A stretch of 64,000 nucleotides of DNA from Rhina ancylostomus. Taxonomy: Eukaryota. Shown here one piece after another: positions 54,032 through 64,000 of this stretch. The notes under the pieces are model-generated. The model was not told where the DNA came from. It worked only from the letters and a program-made list of their open reading frames with translations, and made no database searches. Numbering within the stretch: the first letter of the stretch is position 1; every line of letters starts with the position of its first letter. The stretch is from the NCBI GenBank assembly GCA_030265395.1, contig JARFYF010000104.1, positions 69,451,121-69,515,120 of the forward strand, given 5' to 3'. The position numbers and the translations under genes were made by a program.

Positions 54032-56719
54032 GGTGGGGGGGGTGGCAGTGGGTGGCAATGTAAAAACGATTAGAAAAGAAAAAGATATTCTATTTTATAT
54101 TTTGCCCAACATGCAAAGAGCGAAATAATATCAGGAGGTGACCATCTTGTGTTTCTAAACCAAGATAGAATTAATGTCATAAGCTAACAAAGAGTAGAGA
54201 TGCTGACAAAAGGAAATGTCAAACAGATAGTGAATTGAAAAAAATAACTGCAGTTTCCTTATAAAATTCCAGACACATGTTATTTTGTTATCAGTACAAA
54301 TGTGGGTCTGCCAGCTTTCTTCATCATTTAGAGATACCTATCAGCTAAGATTTAAAGTTTTTGATAATTTTTGTAAACGTTATTAGTTTATCTAGCTGAG
54401 TTGTCTAACACAAGATAATGATCCTGACAACCTATAATTAAGAGCAGGCTGATACAGACAGTAGGATGTGTGTGGCAGAGAATGCTACAGCAAATGGAAT
54501 GATTTAAACATTAGAGTTAACAAGACTGTAAATGACTCCTGTTTGCCTTATGCTTTTTTTGTCACATACAATTGATCTGTCTGATTTAAAGACATGCATT
54601 ATTATTTACTGGTGGTGTGATATCAGTTTGCATGCTTTCAAAATAGGTGCTGAAAATGCAAATGAAAAGCAGCCTGTATGTGTATATGTGTGTGGTCTGC
54701 CTCCAGCGGAATGGAGTGCCACACACATAGCCAGAAAAACTACTTATTCTATGAAATTAGTGTTCATTCTTTACTTGATGTAAAGTTACACCTGTAAATC
54801 AGCTGTGGTCCCATCTAGTTATCCACACATGACCCAAAAGAACTCAGGGTGCAGATTAATGAAAAATCTGTGTGTCATCTGGACACAGAGAATCTGATTT
54901 TTCTGCTAATGTTTACAGTGTTCAAAATAGTGAAGGTTTAAACATCAGATTGCAAAATCTTTAATTCTAACGCTTTGCATAGATTCAACTACTTTAGATG
55001 ATTACATTAGTGTTTTACTGCAACAGACATTTTGTAGAAAGGCTCAATTTTCATTCTATTTGGGGAAAGTTTAAAGATACAAGTCCAGAACTTCTTTGGA
55101 AAGATCCACACATTTTCCACAGATCATTGTGGATTAAATAGAGGAACACAAGTCGGTTGTAGGGCATGGTCATGGTCATGAGTTGGGGAGAACTCAGATG
55201 AGGGAAGTGTGGAAAGGAGGAGCAGAAGAGACAGGACAATAGATGAGGAAAATCAGGACCTAGGGAGTCAGGTAGAGACATCAATATGAGAGAAGAGTGC
55301 ACAATTGACATGCTTGGGCATGTGGATTGAAGGGAGTCAAGCTCACACAAGTGATTGCAACCAATTAGAAGTTTGGGGGTGGATGTTGGTGCATAGGCAA
55401 AGCTGTCACAAAAGATAAGTTTCTAATTGAGAGGACAAACCTTACCAGGTTTCCTGGTATGTTCTCTACACCCTTGGATTTTTTCACATAGCTGCGTATT
55501 ACACTATATAACTTCTATATCAAAATGACTGACAGAATTTAAGATAAACTCTGTCATTTTTGTTACATTATTGTCCAAAGCATTTGATCACAGCTGTCTA
55601 ATGATAGCTTTATTTGTATCTATTATATGTCATGTTATTTCTTCCATTACTTTTTGTTTTAACCATCCATTATATTTTACGGCAACCTTATCATTATACA
55701 GTTCATAGAGTTCAGAGGGTGAATCAGCACGGAAACAGGCCCTTTGGCTCAACTGGTCCACGCTGACAAACATGCCCTATCCAAGCCAGGCGAGGATCAC
55801 AGAAACAGTTGTGATGGGAGAGGGAGCAGACGCCAGAAGAGCAGCCACCAGCCGGCCTCATTGACTCAGTGAGTGAGCAAGTGAGTCTGCTCAGTTCTCC
55901 CAGCTCTGCTCGGCTCAACCCAGCCCCTGGTTGTTGAAGCTTGGATGGTGGGGGAGGAAGAGGAGGGAGACAGGAATGCCCCATTCCGACTTCGCAAAAG
56001 GTTGTGGCAGTCCTGCAGCAGCCAGCAAGTCCACCCACATCCACCCCGCCGGTCTCTCAAACACTCATTTGTATGTTCAAGGTGTCCATAACCCAGGGAG
56101 AACCTAAAAAGAGTTAAACCATGAATATAATTGACTGTTTGTTAAACAGTCTTAAGGGGGTGGTGCTCATTCTTCACAGGGGAACATTCTTCTGGCTTAG
56201 TTAAACAGCCATTTTCATTGAAGCAAAATAGCAACCATGAGCAACTTGGGAGTATTCTTCCTTGTAATCCTTGTTGTTTAATATGTCTTTCCCTGCTCTT
56301 CAGAAATGAAGCAGGCAAGAATATTTCCCCTTTTTGCCATTTTCTGTATTAAATTAAATTCCATCTGCCACTTATCCACCCAATCATCTTCCTATGTCCT
56401 CTTGGAATCTGTCACTTTTCTTCTCACCACAAGTTTTATGTTACCTGCTAATTTTGAAACTGTGCCCTGTTCACATCGACTTATGTCATTAATATATCAC
56501 TGGTAAGTATATGACTGCATGTCCTCAAGTCTTGGAGAACACCACTGTCCACCTCTCTTCTGTTCATAAAGTAACCATTTATCATGATTCTCTGTTTTCT
56601 GCCACAAGGCCAATTTTTTTCCCCAAGTTGTTACTTACAAATCTATGTTGATTTCCGTTAATTAATTAACTCACCACATCTGTGTCCTAGTTGTTTCAGT
56701 ACAATTGCAACAGTGATAT

Positions 56720-58170
56720 CTGTTAAGAAATGACACTCAACAATAACCTCTGCTCACTGGTACTCAGCTTGGCTTCTGCCAGGACCACTCATTTTCACAA
56801 TGCATGGACGAAAAGGTTGAACTCCAAAGAAGAGGTAAAAATAACTACCCTTGACATTGAAGGTGGGATTTCACCAATTGCAGTGTCAAGGAGTCCTGGA
56901 TAAAAGTGAAATCAATGAGAGTCAAGAGCAAGCTGTCTCTCGCTGGAGTCATACCTTGCACAAAGGAAGATGGCTATGTCATTGACTCTCTCCGTCAAGG
57001 ATGTGGGGATTGTTAACAAAGCTAGCATTAAATGCTCATCCTTAATTGCCCTTAAAAGGCTACGGTAAGTGCCCATTTAAACTGCTGCAATACTTGTGAC
57101 AGGGTTCTCCCAAGATTTTGTGTGGTAGTGTTCCAGAATTTTGAACTGGCAACAATGAAGAGAAAACAATATGCCTCCTAGTTAGGATGATGTGCAACTT
57201 GGAGAATGCTCTTGACATTCAAGAACATTTTTGAGTTCCCTACACCGACAGACCAACATCAACATTGACCATGGACTTAACTCGACCAGTCACATGAATT
57301 CCACGCTGGCCAGCAGCTGGGTGACCTACACTCAGTGAGTCTTCTCCTGCTTCCTCAAAGTTGTCCCTCCATCAACAAGACAAGTCAGGAATAGTTTGGA
57401 ATACTCTCCACTCCTGCAGAGTTCTTGAACAATCCTTGTCAAAGAACCTGCTGGATTGGTATCCCAACCACCACCTTGAACTTTCACTGCCTTCACCATC
57501 AATGCATCATGGCAGTAGTGTTTATTATAGAACATAGAACGGTACAGCACAAGAATAGGCCCTTCAGCCCACAATGTTGGGCTCATCTAATTAAACTAAT
57601 GACACCAAATTAAACTAATCCCTTTGTCTACAAGATATATTGCAGTAGCTCACTAAGGCATTCTTAACAGCACCTCCACAACACAAGACCTCCACCACCT
57701 GGAAGGACAAGGACAAGGATAGTAGAAACTTGCAAACACCAGCACATAGAAGTTCATCTCCAAGTCACACATCACCTCAACTAGCAGGCATATTTGCCAG
57801 TCCTTAACTGTTGCCAGTTAAAAGGCCTGGAACCCAACAGGTACATTAGACAGATACTTTAGGGACACTTAAGGGACTCTTAGATAGTCACATGAATGAT
57901 AGAGAAATGGACGGCTATGGGGGAGGGAATGGTTAGGTAGATCTTGGAGCAAGATGAAATGTTGGCATAACATTGTGGGCTGAAGGGCCTGTACTGTGCT
58001 GTAATGTTCTATGTTCGACCACACAGAATTCTGGGAACACTCTGTCACAAGTATTGCAGCAGTTTAAAAGGGTACTAACAACAGTCTTTCAAGGGCAATT
58101 AGGGATGAATATTTAATGCTAGTTTTGCTAACAATCCCCACATCCCTCAAGTGAACAAAAACAAAGATTC
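56720..58170 (+). mobile_element. Fragmented CR1-like LINE (second family), RT to 3' tail, with nested short insertions
   Basis: QLGFCQDH...WTKRLNSKEEVKITTLDIEGGI...LESYLAQRKMA RT motifs. Interrupted by an antisense tail (about 57000-57210) and short CR1 tails (about 57527-57630 and 57850-58017). Confidence 0.8.
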
Positions 58171-59971
58171 TAAATTCAACTAATTTGCTATAGATTAAAA
58201 GTACTTTACGGAAATACGTCAGTGTGCAATAGGTGTAGTGCACTATCAGGCTCTCAGCATTCTATATGTAGTACATGAAAGCAGGAATTGTGAATTATAT
58301 TATGCTTGGGTCAGGATTATATATTAAAGTGTTCTTCAAAGATGTGAAATTCTACATAACAGGATGTGATTTGAAGCAATGGAATTCTATGCTTGGGTCA
58401 GATATTCAGTTAACTATTTTGTAAATTGCTGTGATGTAAGTTGCCTTCATTCTGGGATTTGGATTTTATCTATTTTGGTGAGCAAGAGCCTTGCACCTGA
58501 CATTCCCCAGTCAGACTTACATACAAAATCAGATCTGTGGAAACAGTTCATTAGGAGTTTAAAGTTAAATCTATAGTGAGCACATTTGTTTCTTACATTT
58601 CCATCTTTTATTGCTCTAGCTGTGTTTAAGAAGGAAAGGTAAGCAGCCCATTTCTAGACCATACCTTTACTGCTCTTGGCAGGTGACCAAGTGGCATTCA
58701 ATCAAAAACATCTATTTTATGGCAATTCACTAAAATATTAATGCAATTTTGTACTGAATGGTTATTTTTGGACTTCCTCTAGTACCAGTTAATGTTGGGA
58801 GTACACAGCAGGCAGTTGGCAGTTGGAAAAAAAGTAGTTGGTAATTTGGACCTGTATGAAAACTGATGGAAATCAATAACTGTTCTTTTTTACCATCCAG
58901 ATGCTGATAGATCTATTTTCTGCTTATTGTGTCCAACTTTCTTAAATATTTTCAGTATCTTTTTTTTTCTCTTTACATTATTATACTAATTGACTTCTTT
59001 ACAACAGAACTTAACAAATATTGGGCTAGAAGTGTGATTGAAGGATACAAGGGTAGTTGTAGATAATAATCACAAAATTGGCTTGGGTTCTTTTTTTATC
59101 CTGTTCTATGAGTGCTTATGTTCTCAGATTTTGACAACAAATTTGTCTGGGGAGTCTTGGCAGGATCCATGCCAGATTCCAGAAGGATCAGGGGCATGAT
59201 GATAACTTGATAGTGAGAGAAACTTGCGGCCACTACATCAAGTAGATAGCAGCAGATGTCTTATCCAACAGCCTGAGCCTCTTGCTATACTACTGTCCAG
59301 GACTGCTAAGGAAACACAGTCCTTGACAGAAAATCTTGTTATGTGGATGATGCCTCTGTAAGCTGCCCCTCTGCGCTGTTTGCCTCTCTCCTGATCCCCT
59401 TTGCAGCTAGTGTCTGAGAGTAGTAGGCTGGTCATGTTAGGCCCTCGTCTGAGATCCAATCTAATGCAACATATGCAGCAACAAAGCAAATAGACAAAGT
59501 ATCATGCATAACCCATGAAGAATGGGAAGTAACCTGTCATCATAAGAAATGAGAACAAACCCCTTCCCACTAAGAAAGTAGCGCTGAGTACTTGGTATTT
59601 ATCACCACATTTCCCTGAAACCAAATCACTTCCCTCCCCACTGCACCCCCTAGCTTTAATTACCACTCTTTTCACTTTCCCTCACAACTGAGTTTCAGAA
59701 ATCCGTGGATCTGATGTTCAATTGAAAAGTTTGTTGAAAATTTGCTCTAACTGAGCAATTAAAATAAGGTAAAAAAAACCAGAAAATACTGGAAATATTC
59801 AGCATATCAGGTCAAATCTGTGGAAAGAGAAAATAATGACAATGAGTAATTGTCAACCTCTTCTACCCAGGGGGCTTTTCCCCAGCAACTTAATTCACTC
59901 GGGTGAATGCAGAACTTGACTGCAAATTCGCTGTTGTGTCGTGCTGGAATGGTGTTTTTTCCCTCTGCCAA

Positions 59972-60117
59972 GTAAAAGGCACTTGGACAGGTACATGGAT
60001 TGGAAAGGTTTGGAGGGATATGGACCAAACACGGGCAAATGGGACTCACTCAGACGGGCACCGTGGTCGGCAGGGACTGGTTGGGCCAAACGGCCTGCTT
60101 CCGTGCTGTAGAACTCT
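59972..60117 (+). mobile_element. CR1-like LINE 3' tail, CpG-retaining copy
   Basis: aggcacttggacaggtacatggat...gggccaaacggcctgcttccgtgctgtagaactct. Confidence 0.85.
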
Positions 60118-60598
60118 GGCCCTGCCGATACCATCAGCCGGGAACAGTCGGGGGCAAGAGGTAGAAGGTTAATCCCCAAACCCCCGCCCACAGCCCGCTG
60201 AGCCCCACTCCCCCGTCAGTGGAAGTGGTTCCTGCAGTGAAGTCCGTAAGTGGAATCACTGGGTCACCCAAGGACTTCGAGCCGGGGCCAGGGCAACAAG
60301 AGCAAGCAGAACGTGGTGTGATTTGACAGGGACGTTTCAAGCTGTCAGAAGGCACAATTGATACCAGACCCCAATAACCCCAGTCAGGAGGAACTTTCCC
60401 TTGGGAGAGTACGACGTTCCCGCGGGGAGTGGTGGAGAGGGGATAGGTTTCAGGATAGGTGGGTGATGGAGGGGGGACGGGGGGGAGGGGGGGGTGTTGA
60501 GGAGCAGCACCATCGGGCGAGCTCCTGCAGACACCATGCCCGGGTTCTGGGGGCGACACAGGGTCCCTCTGCCCCCGGACCCTCGCACTCTCTGGTAC

Positions 60599-60718
60599 CT
60601 GGCAGAACTCCTTCATCTTCTCCAGCACTGCAGCCACCTCTGGCATCACATTCTTGCCATCCACTTGGATCGGAACATCAGGGCTGTTCCTCAGAGCGAC
60701 GTGAAGCACGGCCCGGTT
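60599..60718 (-). CDS. GPI: Single internal exon of glucose-6-phosphate isomerase or a GPI-like copy (equivalent to vertebrate exon 4)
   Basis: Encodes [40 protein letters not shown], containing the PGI '[10 protein letters not shown]' signature. It is 120 bp, phase 0/0, with a polypyrimidine-AG acceptor (60720-60719) and a CAG|GTAC donor (GT at 60598-60597). Confidence 0.93.
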
Positions 60719-60764
60719 CTGGGGAGGGAGCAGTGGAAGACACGATACACCAGAGGGGGCAAGC

Positions 60765-60940
60765 ATGAACGTGGAACACTACAGCACAGGCCCTTCGGCC
60801 CACAATGTTGTGCCGACATTTTATCTGCTCCAAGATCTATCTAACCCTTCCCTCCCACATCGTCCTCCATTTCTCTATCATTCATGTGTCTAAGAGTCTC
60901 TTAAATGTCCCTAATGTATCTGCCCCCACAACCTCTGCCG
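60765..60940 (-). mobile_element. CR1-like LINE 3' tail
   Basis: acagcacaggcccttcggcccacaatgttgtgccgacatt...; reverse complement of the tail at about 57850-58017. Confidence 0.85.
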
Positions 60941-61040
60941 NNNNNNNNNNNNNNNNNNNNNNNNNNNNNNNNNNNNNNNNNNNNNNNNNNNNNNNNNNNN
61001 NNNNNNNNNNNNNNNNNNNNNNNNNNNNNNNNNNNNNNNN

Positions 61041-61105
61041 CTGAGGAAGTATCCTGACTCCAGTCTTGTATCGGTGTGCCACATTTGGGTTCTCTGTGAG
61101 TTTGC
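61041..61105 (+). mobile_element. Partial solo LTR, family B (3' end)
   Basis: Matches 47214-47306 and ends TGACA; starts at a gap. Confidence 0.85.
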
Positions 61106-61810
61106 TCTGGATCAACACTGTGACACATGGGCCAAAGGGCCTGTACTGTACTGTTATATCCCTATGTTCTATTTAAGCAGAAGGGTATTTAAGGCATGAT
61201 TTTGTAGCCTTTCCAAATTTAACTCTTTAAGCTGATATCATGACTCCATCCCTACCAAGGACAATACTTTCCTGAGATTTGGTGTCCAAAAGTGAATAAA
61301 GTACATTAATTCATGTCTATGCAGGAGTCTCTATAAATAATTACCTCACTGGGTTTCATTCCAATGACCTTTTAGATTAACTTGTATCTGTACCTTAGCT
61401 TTTAGAGATGTCTTTACATTGATACCCAAATCCCTCTGGTTACCCCACGGGTCTTAGACTTTCACCTTTAAGAAAATATCCTGATATGCTTTTCACCGCT
61501 CACAGTAACCAGAGTCAGTATGACTGCCAATTCTGTTACTATCGATCCTATCAATACCATATGCTCAAAAAGTTTATTTCATAACTTAAGCTGCGTAAAA
61601 TAATTCAACTTTCTATTTTTGTCCCTTCTGCTGTTTGATACTTATTTTAATTGTGTCACAGCAAGTTTATTAGTTCCAATTAATTAATATAATGATGAAG
61701 GATTGCTTAAATTGTTGATTTAGATTTTTGACTATATGTAACTGAACTATCATTAATCAATTTTGCATGACTTTAAGGCATGAACACTGAGAGATTCCTG
61801 TTAAACTTAC

Positions 61811-61909
61811 CTGCAGGAGCCAGAAGGAAATGATTTGTTTACATCAGGGACTTAGATGCAATGACCGTAAAACGGTGTTTAACTCCTGTTATGATGCCAG
61901 CTAAATTAT
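61811..61909 (-). other. Candidate non-coding exon
   Basis: Acceptor tttgatttttcAG and donor CAG|GTAAGT, 99 bp apart; stop codons in all three frames. Confidence 0.3.
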
Positions 61910-62814
61910 CTGAAAAATCAAAGATATTTTAATAACAACACATTATCAACTAATTTTTAATGACAGCAGGAACACATCAGAGGTTCAACAGTTGAGTATA
62001 GGAATGCAGATTCGAGTTCCTTCCAATTCCACTGAATTTCCGCTCTCCATTGGATTGCTGCACATAGATGCCAAGCAAAGCACAGGTGCTCCCTACTGGG
62101 AGAAGGAAAATTGTGGAGCAATTAATTTCCAGCTGCTTATTTGCATTGGCCTGGAATTTGCTGTAAGAATAACGATGAGGATACCATCGATGTTATTGAG
62201 TAAATCGGTCAGCGACTTCTGACAGCCATGTACGCACAGAAAAGTGCTGAAGTCCAGATGTTGCTATCTATTTTAGCTTGCTCACCAACAAGTTTTTCTG
62301 CCCTGGAACCTATATCAGGGTAGAATCAGCACTAAAATACATGAAAGGCATGAAATTATGTACTAAATGTGCCAGGGAAGGAAGGCTAGTGCTTGCCCAT
62401 TTAAGTGCAAGTGAATCGATGCAAATTGTCCAGGAGAAATCCGATGTCATTTCCTTTTCCAGAGAATAATAAATGACTAATTTGCTTAATGCCTCCATGT
62501 ATAGCAGGAATTAGGGTGTATGGCACTGTGTCAACATATTGCTTCATTTCCACTAGAAGTGAAAAAGTGGTCCTGCCATCCTGCCATCCTCCAGAAATAA
62601 TAATCAAAAATTAGCTGGGCACCAAGAAAGATGCAGTTAGATGAAGTACACAAAAATGCTAATTTTTTTTCCAACATAATTTTTCCATTTATATCATCAG
62701 TACACCATGTTTCTGCAAAGTCTACTGCATAAGTAAGGTCCATGTTAGAGAATGGGGTGTGCAACATGCTTTACAATTGTGGGCAATGCAAGTTTGGGTA
62801 ACAACATTTCTTTA

Positions 62815-63125
62815 CCAGAGAAACAAAGGACTGCAGATGCCGGAATCTAGATGAAAAACACTATGAAGCTGGAGGAACTCAGCAGGCCCGGCCGCACCCT
62901 GGCGTAAAGCAGGCGGGCNNNNNNNNNNNNNNNNNNNNNNNNNNNNNNNNNNNNNNNNNNNNNNNNNNNNNNNNNNNNNNNNNNNNNNNNNNNNNNNNNN
63001 NNNNNNNNNNNNNNNNNNGGCGGACAACATTGGGAGGACCTGACCCGAAAGGCTGACTGCCTTCTTTTCGCCATGGATGCTGCCTGGCCTGCTGAGTTCC
63101 TCCAGCTTCATAGTGCTTTTCTTCT
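62815..63125. repeat. Fold-back Penelope-terminus-like repeat spanning a gap
   Basis: Perfect 30-bp inverted arms at 62859-62888 and 63086-63115. Confidence 0.85.
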
Positions 63126-63689
63126 TCAATATTTCTTTATCAATGCCAACATTTAAGTGGATTTTTCAGCTCTCCTTCACTGCTGTTGCTTTTGTGTTGC
63201 AACCTCTCAGGTTAGAAGGAAAACAATTTGCTGCATGTCAATGCATGCTGCTTCATTTAAAATATTGAGAAGCATTACCTCTCATTGACAAATTGCATGC
63301 AGTGACTATACTCTTGATTCTTGTGTGGTCTATTCAAATTTCAAGATTATTGATTACATTCCACAGGCTTTATAGTGATTTTGAATTGTGAGGAATTTAC
63401 ACCAGTCCAAAAGATTATATGTATCAGGCCGTCAATGTAGATCTAAACTATTATAAGAGATCTTGGCCAAGACATTAAGTTGGAAGTACTGATTTAACCC
63501 TTCTCTTTTCCTACAGGTACCCTAGTGCTGATTGTGAGCACTGAACTCTGATAATTTTTTTCTCTCTTAATTGGCTTTTGTATTTTTTATTTCAATGTAC
63601 ATTGTTTTCCTCCCACTTCTTGTTCAGCAAGTTTTGGGTTAATCTGTGTTACCTCAGGATTTAATGCCATAACCTAAACTGGCTTGCAT

Positions 63690-63990
63690 TTGAGGGAGCT
63701 GTACCTTGGTCATTAAACTAATGACTCATGCTCAGTTACACAGCAATCGTCTCACTGAACCGGGGAGTTCTTCCAATGCCATTTGCTCCTCATCCGGTAT
63801 GACCAAAATAAAATAATTAACCATTTGTCTCCATGGTGATTTATGAGTGCTCCCGGCAAAGAATGGCTGGTACGTTTTGCTAAGCAGCAGACGTCACGGC
63901 ACTTCAAATGGTAATTAATGGTGTGAGGTGTTATGATGTGATGACACATTACACAAGTGGAAGAATTATTATACATGACCACCCACACCA
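63690..63990. promoter_or_regulatory. Candidate developmental enhancer
   Basis: Non-repetitive; TGACTCA 63722-63728, PBX-HOX-type TGATTTATGA 63837-63846, GACGTCA 63890-63896, TAATTAAT 63912-63919. Confidence 0.35.
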
Positions 63991-64000
63991 AGCAACAAAA

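Noticed and set aside
60134-60766. 210-aa minus-strand ORF as a complete protein
   Set aside because: Only the 40 codons between the splice sites resemble GPI; the rest is GC-rich intron read-through.
61992-62767. Cluster of short ORFs as possible upstream GPI exons
   Set aside because: None of the listed translations resembles the GPI N-terminal sequence (for example ..MFNGEKINYTE).
1-64000. CRISPR array, operon or prokaryotic defence system
   Set aside because: The DNA is vertebrate-type with very low coding density and no regularly spaced repeat-spacer array.

Overview
This is AT-rich, repeat-dense eukaryotic DNA from a gapped draft scaffold with many N runs, most of them abutting repeats. 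The repeat families (V-domain and Deu-domain tRNA SINEs, CR1-like, Rex1/Babar-like, RTE-like and L2-like LINE fragments, Penelope-like remnants) point to a cartilaginous fish, probably an elasmobranch; this is inference from recalled family features, not a search result. No complete gene is visible, and most six-frame ORFs are spurious or retroelement-derived. The only host coding sequence I recognise is one intact 120-bp exon of glucose-6-phosphate isomerase (GPI, 60599-60718, minus strand). It lies in a small GC-rich block, and I found no other GPI exons in the window. Other notable items: a CpG-rich promoter-like region with a candidate non-coding first exon (about 24.2-26.2 kb), minimal hammerhead-ribozyme-like motifs in Penelope-type repeats, two solo-LTR families with target-site duplications, a 103-bp local direct repeat 3.7 kb apart, and a few candidate enhancers. 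I found no convincing evidence of a wholly new biological system. Repeat boundaries are approximate unless a TSD or splice site is given.
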